Origin: Candidatus Poribacteria bacterium
Lineage (GTDB): Bacteria > Poribacteria > WGA-4E > WGA-3G
Direction: 5' to 3'
DNA length: 64,000 nucleotides
Assembly: GCA_965242965.1 (NCBI GenBank)
Contig: OZ251518.1
Location: forward strand, 2,016,001-2,080,000
Below are positions 28,956 through 38,439 of this stretch, in pieces. A model generated the notes under the pieces. That model did not search any database and had not been told where the DNA came from. It saw only the letters and a program-made list of their open reading frames with translations. The first letter of the stretch is position 1. Every line of letters begins with the position of its first letter. Both the position numbers and the translations under genes were made by a program.

Positions 28956-30427
28956 AACTTCAATGCAACTTGTTGCGCCGTTTCAACTATCCACGCCTGT
29001 TCTCGTCCGTAAATCGCGCGTAGATCCAACCACAATTGCGCGTCCTTGATTCTCCCGATAACCGGTACTTTTGCGTTCCGGAAATGCGCGGCGAGCCCTT
29101 CGGCAGAAACGTCGGATGCTTCCAGCACAAGCGCGACACTCCGCAACGTCTCAATGGGTAACGCGCCACTCCCGATTTGCCCGTGCGTCTCCGCAACCCG
29201 AATCCGAACTTTGTCGCCAAAGATGCTTTCAAGTTGATTTGCCAATTCCAGGGCGACGGTGTGGAGTGCCTCCATCGGGCGCGTGTATCGGTTGAGCATG
29301 GGGAGTTGGGCTGCCAATGTATCTGTTCCAGCGTATGGAGCCGTGAGATAAAGTTGCAACGTCGCCGATAAAGCGGCGAGGGTGAGTTTATCTACCCTCA
29401 TGGCGCGCATCATGGGATTTTTGCGCATCTTTTCAATCCATTCTGCTTTGCCGACAATGAGCCCCGCTTGCGGCCCGCCGAGGAGTTTATCCCCACTAAA
29501 GGTGACGATATCCACCCCGCTTGCGAGGCTTTCAGCGACGAGAGGTTCACGCGGCAATCCATATTGCGTCATGTCAACGAGCGCGCCGCTACCCAGGTCT
29601 TCCATTGTCGGGATGCCGTGCTGCGCGCCCAGTTGTGTCAATTCTTCCATCGCTGGTGTCGCGGTGAACCCGAGGATTTTGTAGTTACTCGGATGCACCT
29701 TGAGCAGCAGCCCAGTGTTCTCCGTGATTGCCGCTGCGTAATCGCGCAAATGGGTTCGGTTTGTCGTGCCCACCTCTCTGAGTATCGCGCCGCTTGCTTC
29801 CATGACATCGGGGATGCGGAACGCGCCGCCGATTTCAATGAGTTCCCCGCGCGAGACAATCACCTCTTTTCCGCGCGCCAGCGTCTGGAGTGCCAATAAA
29901 ACCGCCGCTGCGTTGTTATTGACGATGGTAGATGCTTCCGCCCCGGTAAGTTGTTGCAAGAGTGGTTCGGTTATCCTATCCCGGTGCCCGCGTTTGCCGG
30001 TGGCCACGTCGTATTCAAGGTTGACATAGTTTTGTGCTGCTTGCTGAATCGCCTCGCACGCGGCGGTGCTAAGCAGTGCCCTCCCCAAGTTGGTGTGCGT
30101 AATCGTGCCGGTGGCGTTGACGACAGGATGCAGGCGCGGCACCATTTTAGCCTCAATGCGTTGACGCGTCAGACGCGCGTATGCCGCTGCGTCTGGCAGT
30201 TTTTCTACCGAAGTTGTGGCGTTTGACGCATCACGCTGACCTGACGTTGTCACGTCTTGCAAGATACTGCTGCGGATATCAGCGATGACAGCGCGAAGGG
30301 CCTCTATGACAAGCGGACGCGCATAGATGGCCTGCAGTTCAAGCATCTCCGAAGTGTTCAGCAGTTTTTCGATGGCAGGCAATTGCTGCAGCAGGTTTTG
30401 AGATGTCAACCGATTCTCCCCTATCAA
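28952..30427 (-). CDS. selA: L-seryl-tRNA(Sec) selenium transferase
   Basis: VVNATG...HTNLGRA, SRGELIEIGGAFR, EVGTTNRT, FSGDKLLGGPQAG. Confidence 0.95.
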   Translation of the reverse strand: MIGENRLTSQNLLQQLPAIEKLLNTSEMLELQAIYARPLVIEALRAVIADIRSSILQDVTTSGQRDASNATTSVEKLPDAAAYARLTRQRIEAKMVPRLHPVVNATGTITHTNLGRALLSTAACEAIQQAAQNYVNLEYDVATGKRGHRDRITEPLLQQLTGAEASTIVNNNAAAVLLALQTLARGKEVIVSRGELIEIGGAFRIPDVMEASGAILREVGTTNRTHLRDYAAAITENTGLLLKVHPSNYKILGFTATPAMEELTQLGAQHGIPTMEDLGSGALVDMTQYGLPREPLVAESLASGVDIVTFSGDKLLGGPQAGLIVGKAEWIEKMRKNPMMRAMRVDKLTLAALSATLQLYLTAPYAGTDTLAAQLPMLNRYTRPMEALHTVALELANQLESIFGDKVRIRVAETHGQIGSGALPIETLRSVALVLEASDVSAEGLAAHFRNAKVPVIGRIKDAQLWLDLRAIYGREQAWIVETAQQVALKL

Positions 30428-30465
30428 TAGTCAATGGTAAGGGTGGAAACTATAGAAATCCACCC

Positions 30466-33400
30466 TTACAAACGCAACACACTCAGCGTCGCTTTTTCGC
30501 CGTTGAGGTTTTCGACGCGGGTGAACGCATTTTCGCCCGGCACCTCAACGACTTCGGTGGTGAGCGTCTCACTGAGCACATAGTCCCGATGCGCCGCGAA
30601 CGCTTCGTCCACTAGCGGCGTAGCAGTGAGACTCAACTGAATCCGGTCGGCGACGTTAAAATCAGCCGCCTTCCGCAGGTTCTGGATTTTATTGACGAGT
30701 TCGCGCGCCAAACCTTCCAGCACCAATTCGTGCGTCAACGCCGTCGCCAACGCGACAAACTTCTGTGCATCCGCTTCCACGACGAAGCCTTCCCGATGCT
30801 GCGTTTGCACGTCGATTTCCTCGCGCGTGAGCGTGAACGTTTTTGTTGTTCGCGAGGTGTCGTTCATCTGCGACTGGGCAGCGGCCGTTGTCAAGTCTTG
30901 CATTTCCACTTGTATGCTGCCTGTGGATTCCAATGCTGTCTTCAGTTTTGCAGCATCTGCCGTGGCGAGTGCCTTCGCGATAGCTTGAACATCCTTGCCG
31001 TATTTCGGTCCCAGCACCTTGAAATTCGGTTTGAGCGTCACCTGCGCGAAGGCGTTCATATCCTCCGTAAAAGTGACAGATTTGACGTTGAGTTCGGCGT
31101 GAACTAACGCCACCAAGCGGGTGACGGTTGCCTGCTGTGCCGCGGATAACCCACCGATTGTCAGTTCCGAAAGCGGCTGCCGCGTCTTGATACCCGAACG
31201 ATTTCGCGCCGCATGCCCCATGCTGATAACCTCGCGCACGAACGCCATGTCTTCTTCCAGTTGCGCGTTTTCCAACGTCGCATCCGCGACAGGGTAGGAT
31301 ACCAAATGAACGCTTACCGGTGCATCGGCATTAAGCGAACCGACGAGGTTGCGGTAGAGCTCCTCCGCCAAAAACGGGATAAACGGCGCTGCCAATTTCG
31401 CAACCGTGACTAATACCTCATAGAGCGTGGCGTAGGCGGCGCGCTTATCCGGCCCCAATGCCGCACCCCAAAACCGGTCGCGTGAACGGCGGACATACCA
31501 GTTACTCAGGTCATCGATGAACGCCTCGATTGCGCGGGGCGCATTGGTAAGATGATAATTCTCCATCTCTTCCCGAACTGTGCTAGTGACGGTTTGCAAT
31601 CGCGCCAAGAGCCATCTATCCATGACAGAACGTTCGGCAGGGCTCGGAGCCTCTTCCAATACACCGCTTCCCTCGATATTGGCATACATGACGAAGAAAC
31701 TGTAGACGTTATGGAGGGTGCCCATGAATTTCTTCAGTGCTTCGTCAATTCTGTCAACTTTAAAGGCGCGCTGTGTCCACGGCGGACAGGCGGTGAACAT
31801 ATACCACCGCATCGCGTCCGCGCCCTGTTTGTCCAGAATCGTCCACGGATCTACGGTGTTACCGCGGCTCTTGCTCATCTTTTGCCCATCGGCTGCCATG
31901 ATGAGTTCATGGCAGAGGCAGTTTTTGTAGGCAGGCTTGTCGTAAAGGAGCGTGCCTGTCGCCAAGAGGCTGTAGAACCAGCCGCGCGTCTGATCGATGG
32001 CTTCGGAGATAAAATCAGGCGGATACGCTTGTGCCAGCATCTCCTGATTCTCGAATGGGTAGTGCCATTGCGCCGTGTGCGCGCAGCCTGAATCAAACCA
32101 GCAATCGATGACATCCGGCACGCGATGCATCCTGCCGCCGCACTTATCGCAAGTGAGAACGACATCATCGACATAAGGCCGGTGGAGTTCAATATCGTCC
32201 GGAACGTTCGTGCCTCGCTCTTTCAGTTCGGCGATACTACCGATGCAGTGCTGATTGCCACACGCATCGCATGTCCAGACAGGCAGCGGCGTTCCCCAAT
32301 AACGTTCACGGCTTAATCCCCAATCGACGTTGTTTTCCAGCCAATTGCCGAACCGTCCCTCTTTGATATGTTCCGGGTACCAGTTAATCTGCTGATTGTG
32401 CCGGAGCATCTGTTCGCGGATAGCGGTGGTGCGGATGAACCACGATTCGCGCGCGTAATAGAGCAACGGCGTATCGCACCGCCAACAGAACGGGTATTCG
32501 TGCTTATATTCGCTCGCCTTCAACAACAGCCCGCGCTGTGCGAGGTTTTCGGTGATACCTGCGTCGGCATCTTTCACGAATGTGCCTGCCCACGGTTCTA
32601 CTTCCGGCACAAACGTTCCATCCGGTGCCACCAACTGCACCAGCGGCAAGCCGTGTTTTTGCCCGATTTCGTAATCGTCTTGCCCGAATGCGGGAGCGAT
32701 ATGCACTAACCCTGTCCCGTCTTCAAGCGTAACGAAGTCACCGGCGACGACGTAGTGCGTGCGAGGGCCTGTCCCCCGCGCTGCGGTAGAAGGCGCATCG
32801 CTCGATGTGAAGTCAAACAGCGGTTCATACTCCCAATCGAGGAGTTCGTATCCTTTGTAGTGTGTCGTCATGTCCGGTTGTTCATCGCCAAACACTTTAG
32901 ACAAGAGTTCTTTTGCGAGGATGAGATGCTGTCCTTCATGCGCAACGCCGACGTAATCGTAATCTTCGCCCACGGCGATAGCCAGATTAGAGGGCAGCGT
33001 CCACGGAGTCGTCGTCCAGACGAGCAGGTAGGTGTTCTCCTGATTTTTGACTGGGAATTTCACGTAAACAGAAGGGTCTGCCACAGTCTTGTAACTGAGC
33101 GAAACCTCGTGTGTAGCAAGGGTTGTCCCGCATCGGCAGCAGTAAGGTTGCACCTTGTGTCCCTGATACAGGAGTTCCTTATCCCATGCTTGCCGCAGCA
33201 CCCACCACACGCTCTCAATGTAATCGTTTGACAGCGTGATGTAGGCATCGTCTAGGTTCACCCAGAACCCGATGCGTTCTGTCATCAGCCGCCATTCCTG
33301 TTCGTATTGGAAGACGTTCTCCTTGCATTTTTCGATGAAGTTCTCAACGCCGTAAGCCTCAAGTTCAGCCTTATTTGTGATATTGAGCTGCTTTTCGACC

Positions 33401-33684
33401 TGGTATTCAACCGGCAGGCCGTGCGTGTCCCATCCCGCTTTTCGGTGGACGTAGTGTCCTGTCATCGTCTTATAGCGGCAGACGGTATCTTTCAGGATAC
33501 GCCCAAGAACGTGGTGCACGCCGGGCGGCGCGTTAGCGAACGGCGGTCCTTCGAGGAAGACAAACGGCGGGTCTGCCTGATGCGCAGTCATGCTTTTCTG
33601 GAAGATATCGTTCTCTCGCCAGAACACCAAGGTCGCTTTTTCTTTTTCTGCAAACGTAAATTGTGGGGATACCTCTTCAAACAT
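30466..33684 (-). CDS. ileS: Isoleucine--tRNA ligase (type 2)
   Basis: EGPPFAN, GWDTHGLPVE, WTTTPWTLPSN, DQTRGWFY, KMSKS; start reassigned to ATG 33684. Confidence 0.96.
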   Translation of the reverse strand: MFEEVSPQFTFAEKEKATLVFWRENDIFQKSMTAHQADPPFVFLEGPPFANAPPGVHHVLGRILKDTVCRYKTMTGHYVHRKAGWDTHGLPVEYQVEKQLNITNKAELEAYGVENFIEKCKENVFQYEQEWRLMTERIGFWVNLDDAYITLSNDYIESVWWVLRQAWDKELLYQGHKVQPYCCRCGTTLATHEVSLSYKTVADPSVYVKFPVKNQENTYLLVWTTTPWTLPSNLAIAVGEDYDYVGVAHEGQHLILAKELLSKVFGDEQPDMTTHYKGYELLDWEYEPLFDFTSSDAPSTAARGTGPRTHYVVAGDFVTLEDGTGLVHIAPAFGQDDYEIGQKHGLPLVQLVAPDGTFVPEVEPWAGTFVKDADAGITENLAQRGLLLKASEYKHEYPFCWRCDTPLLYYARESWFIRTTAIREQMLRHNQQINWYPEHIKEGRFGNWLENNVDWGLSRERYWGTPLPVWTCDACGNQHCIGSIAELKERGTNVPDDIELHRPYVDDVVLTCDKCGGRMHRVPDVIDCWFDSGCAHTAQWHYPFENQEMLAQAYPPDFISEAIDQTRGWFYSLLATGTLLYDKPAYKNCLCHELIMAADGQKMSKSRGNTVDPWTILDKQGADAMRWYMFTACPPWTQRAFKVDRIDEALKKFMGTLHNVYSFFVMYANIEGSGVLEEAPSPAERSVMDRWLLARLQTVTSTVREEMENYHLTNAPRAIEAFIDDLSNWYVRRSRDRFWGAALGPDKRAAYATLYEVLVTVAKLAAPFIPFLAEELYRNLVGSLNADAPVSVHLVSYPVADATLENAQLEEDMAFVREVISMGHAARNRSGIKTRQPLSELTIGGLSAAQQATVTRLVALVHAELNVKSVTFTEDMNAFAQVTLKPNFKVLGPKYGKDVQAIAKALATADAAKLKTALESTGSIQVEMQDLTTAAAQSQMNDTSRTTKTFTLTREEIDVQTQHREGFVVEADAQKFVALATALTHELVLEGLARELVNKIQNLRKAADFNVADRIQLSLTATPLVDEAFAAHRDYVLSETLTTEVVEVPGENAFTRVENLNGEKATLSVLRL

Positions 33685-33781
33685 GCGAAATCCCTCTCGT
33701 TTTTTTAGACACGACTTACGCAAGCAGGTAGGCGCGCTTCGTGTAAGTCTGAATAGCAACGAAAAATCGTATTTACTAATT

Positions 33782-33849
33782 ATGATACCATATTTTGCGA
33801 TGGATGTCAAATCTTTTTTTATTCATTTTTCCCCAAAATGTGGTATAAT
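33782..33849. promoter_or_regulatory. Divergent promoters for ileS (-) and the downstream operon (+)
   Basis: Minus: TTGACA-17-TATCAT (33810-33782); plus: TGTGG-TATAAT (33844-33849). Confidence 0.7.
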
Positions 33850-33880
33850 ATCTGTAGCGAAAAAAAGGAGGAAGGAACCG

Positions 33881-34522
33881 GTGGCATTTAGCGATTTCAA
33901 AACAGTCTCTGAAGTGCAGAAAGAATTCAGAATCACCTACTCGGAAGATGACTTCGTCCGGGGTGAACCTTCAACGCCATCGGAGCATTTTCTGAAAGAG
34001 CTCGCGTTTACGCAGGAGCACTTTGACGTTTTCACGTCCGAGGCGATTCGGACAGAGGCGATTATTTTTCCGGTCTTACGCGAAATCTACAAGGCTTACG
34101 CCGATACTTGTGTACTCTGGGTAAAACGCCCGGTCATTTACGATGATATTTTAACAGGGACACCAGATTACTTCGTCTCTACGAAATCGGAATTGGGCAA
34201 AACCGTCGTGGGGAGCCCACTCATCCTCATGGTTGAGGCGAAGAAGAACGATTTTGAACTCGGCTGGGGACAATGTCTCGCCGAATTAGTCGCCGCGCAG
34301 AAGATTAATGATGATGCGGCTTGTCCCGTGTATGGCATTGTCACCGATGGAAAATTGTGGGAATTCGGGCGGCTTATTGGCGATGCTTTTACGCGAAACA
34401 TAACGCCTTTCTGGCTTGCCAATTTTCCGGTGCTTTTTGGGGCACTTGATGCAGTCTTCAAAGCCGCTATTAAAACCGAAAACGGAGAAACCCCCGACTA
34501 TGGAACTTTACGAAGCCGTTAG
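33881..34522 (+). CDS. PD-(D/E)XK-like hypothetical protein, distant paralog of the 2765-4646 triplet
   Basis: GTPDY...VEAKK...GWGQCLAELVAAQ...VYGIVT; AGGAGG then GTG start. Confidence 0.7.
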   Translation: MAFSDFKTVSEVQKEFRITYSEDDFVRGEPSTPSEHFLKELAFTQEHFDVFTSEAIRTEAIIFPVLREIYKAYADTCVLWVKRPVIYDDILTGTPDYFVSTKSELGKTVVGSPLILMVEAKKNDFELGWGQCLAELVAAQKINDDAACPVYGIVTDGKLWEFGRLIGDAFTRNITPFWLANFPVLFGALDAVFKAAIKTENGETPDYGTLRSR

Positions 34523-35906
34523 CCCGCTAGATTTCCGATACTACGGCGGCGACGCGGCATTTATGAAACGTCTCCTGCCCTACGTCTCCGAGGCAGGCTA
34601 TGTCACCTATCAGGCGAAAGTGGAGGCGGCACTGGTGCGCACCCTCGCAGACTACGGTGTCTGCACCGCAAAAATCGCCGATGAAGTGGAGCAAGCAGTT
34701 GCACTTGTCACGGCGGAGGAAGTCTACGAGGAACAACGCCGTATCCGGCACAACATCCGTTCTCTCGTCAATGTTATCCGGCGAAACATCAGTCTCGAAG
34801 CGCGTCCTTACGTCCACTTGTTCGCGACATCTGCGGACATACTTGATACCGCCACCGCTTTGCGGTTCAAAGAGCTCACCGAAAACGTTATCATTCCCGA
34901 CTTGGTGGCGTTTGAGAAGCAACTCATAGTGCTGGCGCGGGAACACGCGGAGACGGTGCAGATCGGCAGGACGCACGGGCAACACGCGGAACCAACTACC
35001 TTCGGCTATGCGATGGCACTCTACGTCAGCCGCATCGGCACGCGTATTGAGAAGATTTCTGAGGCGGCTCAAAATCTGCGCGGACAATTTTCAGGTGCAG
35101 TCGGCGCGTTTAACGGACTTGCCCTGATTCACGAACACCCGGAACAAATCGAGGTACATTTCCTCGCGCTCCTCGGGCTGAAGCCGTCCGATACGCACAC
35201 TTCAACGCAGTGTGTGGAGCCGGAGTTCATCTCGGATTTAGCGTATCAAGTTACGGCGGCTTACACCGTGCTTGCCAACTTCGCCGATGATATGCGGCAC
35301 CTCTACCGCACCGAAATCGCGGAGGTGGGGAGGAAGTATAACCCGCAACTTGTCGGTTCATCGACGATGCCGCACAAGGTAAACCCGGAGGCGTATGAGA
35401 ACGTTAAAAGCCTCTGGAAAGCGTTTGTGCCACGGATGCAGACTGTCTTCATGGATAGCATCCTTGAGCACCAACGCGACCTGACGAATTCTGCCTCAAG
35501 CCGTTTTGTGACAGAATTGTTCACGGCGTTTGATTACGCTATCTATCGGCTGCGGCGCGCGGTAGAGGAGATGGATGTCAAAGCGGAGAATATGCGCCGA
35601 AACCTGGCACTCAGCGCGGAGGATACGATTGCGGAACCTATCTATCTGTTGATGGCATATTATGGATTTCCTGATGCCTATGAGCATACCCGTGCGTTGA
35701 TTGCGCAGGTGCACGAGACCGGGAAGAGCCTCTCCGCGCTTTTGTGGGAAGATGAGACGTTCCGGCCATTCCTTGACAAACTGACAGATTCGCAGCGCGA
35801 GGCACTCCGCGCACCGACAAATTATATCGGCGCGTCCGTGCAAAGGACGCACGCCACATGCGATGCGTGGGAAAAACGGATGGAAGCGTTTGGAAATGTC
35901 CCTTAG
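34500..35906 (+). CDS. purB: Adenylosuccinate lyase
   Basis: SPLDFRY, GRTHGQHAEP, SGAVG, GSSTMPHKVNP, EHQRDLTNS. Confidence 0.9.
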   Translation: MELYEAVSPLDFRYYGGDAAFMKRLLPYVSEAGYVTYQAKVEAALVRTLADYGVCTAKIADEVEQAVALVTAEEVYEEQRRIRHNIRSLVNVIRRNISLEARPYVHLFATSADILDTATALRFKELTENVIIPDLVAFEKQLIVLAREHAETVQIGRTHGQHAEPTTFGYAMALYVSRIGTRIEKISEAAQNLRGQFSGAVGAFNGLALIHEHPEQIEVHFLALLGLKPSDTHTSTQCVEPEFISDLAYQVTAAYTVLANFADDMRHLYRTEIAEVGRKYNPQLVGSSTMPHKVNPEAYENVKSLWKAFVPRMQTVFMDSILEHQRDLTNSASSRFVTELFTAFDYAIYRLRRAVEEMDVKAENMRRNLALSAEDTIAEPIYLLMAYYGFPDAYEHTRALIAQVHETGKSLSALLWEDETFRPFLDKLTDSQREALRAPTNYIGASVQRTHATCDAWEKRMEAFGNVP

Positions 35907-35907
35907 C

Positions 35908-36100
35908 CCGCATCGCGGGGAAACCTATCCCTCGCCCATCGTTTCATAGTTTCTCGAGACCGGGAGGTCTCTCCTACTGGGACGCATTGGCCTGTCCCTC
36001 GCCAGCATCTCGTAGTTTCGTAGTGCGAGGGCCTGTCCCTCGCAATCGTCTCATCTTCTAATTTCGTAGTGCGAGGGCCTGTCCCTCGTGCTTTGCCTCT
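35908..36100. repeat. REP-like array
   Basis: GTAGTGCGAGGGCCTGTCCCTCG and GAGACCGGGAGGTCTCTCCTAC units. Confidence 0.85.
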
Positions 36101-36131
36101 CGCCAATCTAATACGACGGGACAGGCACGCT

Positions 36132-37421
36132 ATGTTTGACATTGTCTACTTGACGCGACGAGGCTTCTGTCTAATCAGACGATACCCACGCTTTTGGCTG
36201 ACGGTAGCCTTCCTGCTCACCTTCGCCCTCGGTATCTGGACGGGACGCGCAGCGCGTTTCAATCAAATCAAGCGATACGTTACCTCCTATCTGGACTTCT
36301 CCCGGGGTGAGGTAACGCAGCGCATCGCGCCCGGCATCGTGCATCGGCAGCGGCAACATAAAGGCGTGCTTACCAACATTCTTGAAGTGTCTCCAAGTGC
36401 TGCGAAGCTCCGTCCTTATCGCGCTTTAGATGCTGGCATCGGCACCGAAACCTTACGTTCATTGGCGCGGCGGCACAAGGCACTCGCGGCGATAAACGGC
36501 GGCTACTTTGAGATGGTAGGCACCTTCCGCGGCGAATCAGTCGGCGCGCTGAAGATTGATGGCGAATGGCACAGCGAACCCGAACAAGGTAGAGCCGTCA
36601 TCGGATTCAGAACCGTCAACGGCAAAATTGAGACATTCATCGACCGGATTGTTCTCAAAATAACACTCATTCTCCCGAACGGCGAGATATTGCCAATTGA
36701 CGGCATCAACCGAAGCCGTGGCAGAGACGAATTGGTGCTTTATCGTTCGCACTTCCACAGCGTGACGTTGACAATGTCCGATGGCGTTGAGGTAGTCGTG
36801 AAAAATGGCGAGGTTATTGGCATTTACGATAAAACCGGTAGCCTGCGTATCCCCGCCGATGGCTACGTCCTCTCCGCGAGCGGGAAGAAGCAGGCGGCAC
36901 TTTTAGCGAATCTGTCTGTTGGAGATGCCGTGCGGATTCGCGAGACAGTCATTCCTGAACGCGTCGGCGACAGCGCGCTGTGGGCCAGTTGCGAACACAT
37001 TATCGGCGGCGGCCCGCTGTTACTGCGAGACGGCGCAGTGCCTACAACGAAAGCGTATCAAGCCGAAGGGTTTGACAAAGCGTTCCATAGTTTCTGGCAC
37101 CCGCGCACCGCGATCGGGAAAAAGGCGGATGGCACCCTGCTTTTTGTAACCATAACCGCCGCGGATGCCGGGGTTAGACGCGGCGTGACGTTACCTCGCC
37201 TCGCTGAATTGTTTGCCGAATGGGGGGCGACAGACGCGCTCAATCTTGATGGAGGCAACTCCTCTATGCTCATCATCCGGGATAAGGTAGTGAGTGTTAA
37301 CTCACGAGAGAAACCCAGGAAGACTGCCCGCGGCAACCGCCGGATGCGGCCTTTACCCAAGCAACAGGGCCGCGCGATTGCGGATGCACTGTTGATTTTT
37401 GAGCAGGATTTACAAGATTAG
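36132..37421 (+). CDS. Phosphodiester glycosidase (NAGPA/DUF2233) family protein
   Basis: AAINGGYF, GGGPLL, HPRTAIG, ALNLDGGNSS. Confidence 0.9.
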   Translation: MFDIVYLTRRGFCLIRRYPRFWLTVAFLLTFALGIWTGRAARFNQIKRYVTSYLDFSRGEVTQRIAPGIVHRQRQHKGVLTNILEVSPSAAKLRPYRALDAGIGTETLRSLARRHKALAAINGGYFEMVGTFRGESVGALKIDGEWHSEPEQGRAVIGFRTVNGKIETFIDRIVLKITLILPNGEILPIDGINRSRGRDELVLYRSHFHSVTLTMSDGVEVVVKNGEVIGIYDKTGSLRIPADGYVLSASGKKQAALLANLSVGDAVRIRETVIPERVGDSALWASCEHIIGGGPLLLRDGAVPTTKAYQAEGFDKAFHSFWHPRTAIGKKADGTLLFVTITAADAGVRRGVTLPRLAELFAEWGATDALNLDGGNSSMLIIRDKVVSVNSREKPRKTARGNRRMRPLPKQQGRAIADALLIFEQDLQD

Positions 37422-38345
37422 CACGATTAGCAAGAGATGAGCAGGATTTGCAGGATTTACAAGATGAGCAAGATGAGTCCGTAGCGCGGGGGCCTGTCCC
37501 CCGCGATCGCACGCGTGCCCCAGAGACCGTAGTTCGGGATCGCCTGATCCCGAACGGATGCATAGCGAAGAGAATCCCTTCCGGGCCCGTAGCGCGGGGG
37601 CCTGTCCCCCGCGAGCGCACCCGCGAAAAACATCTCTTCAGGTCCGTTAGGACTAAAATCCTTCCTGGCCCGTAGCGCGGGGGCCTGTCCCCCGCGAGCG
37701 CACCCGCGAAAAACATCTCTTCAGGTCCGTTAGGACTAAAATCCTTCCTGGCCCGTAGCGCGGGGGCCTGTCCCCCGCGAGTGCCCGACCCGCGCGAAAA
37801 CTGCACGCAGACCAAGGCCATTTCCCTCTCAATCGCGGCACGGCGAGGGACAGGCCCTCGCCCTACGGTGAAACGGAGACGGCCTCATCTACCGTAGCGC
37901 GGGGGCCTGTCCCCCGCGATTGTTCACGTGAAAAACATCTCTTCAGGTCCTTTAGGTCCTGCATGTCTATAGTATCCCCGATCCAAAAAAAAGCTAAGGT
38001 CCTTTAGGTCCTTAATATGCAGCAGAAAACATTAAGGTCCTACGGACCTTGAGGGGTATTGCATCGGCGTGCTATAGACATTAAGGTCCTACGGACCTTG
38101 AGGAGAACCCTTCCTGGCCCGTAGCGCGGGGGCCTGTCCCCCGCGATCGCCCGACCCGCACGAAAAACGCACGCAGACAAACCGTTTCCCTCCCGACCGA
38201 GGCATGGCGAGGGACAGGCCCTCGCCCTACAGTCATCGGCACGTTTTTCCCCCGCGATCGCCCGATCCGCGCGAAAAACGAACGCCAACCAACGCCATTT
38301 TCCCGACCGAGGCATGGCGAGGGACAGGCCCTCGCCCTACGGTAT
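37400..38345. repeat. Large mosaic REP-like array
   Basis: 9-bp periodic GATTTACAA/GATGAGCAG block, tandem GTAGCGCGGGGGCCTGTCCCCCGCG units, AAGGTCCTACGGACCTT block. Confidence 0.92.
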
Positions 38346-38439
38346 AACACCGCGGTCTCCCGCGCCGGCAGGATGGATTCTGGATTCTAAAAAAATTTAA
38401 CTAGCAAAGAAAAAAGCAATGTGATATACTGTTCATGTC

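Noticed and set aside
28952-30466. tRNA-Sec (selC) near selA
   Set aside because: Flanking intergenic space is too short and no cloverleaf was seen
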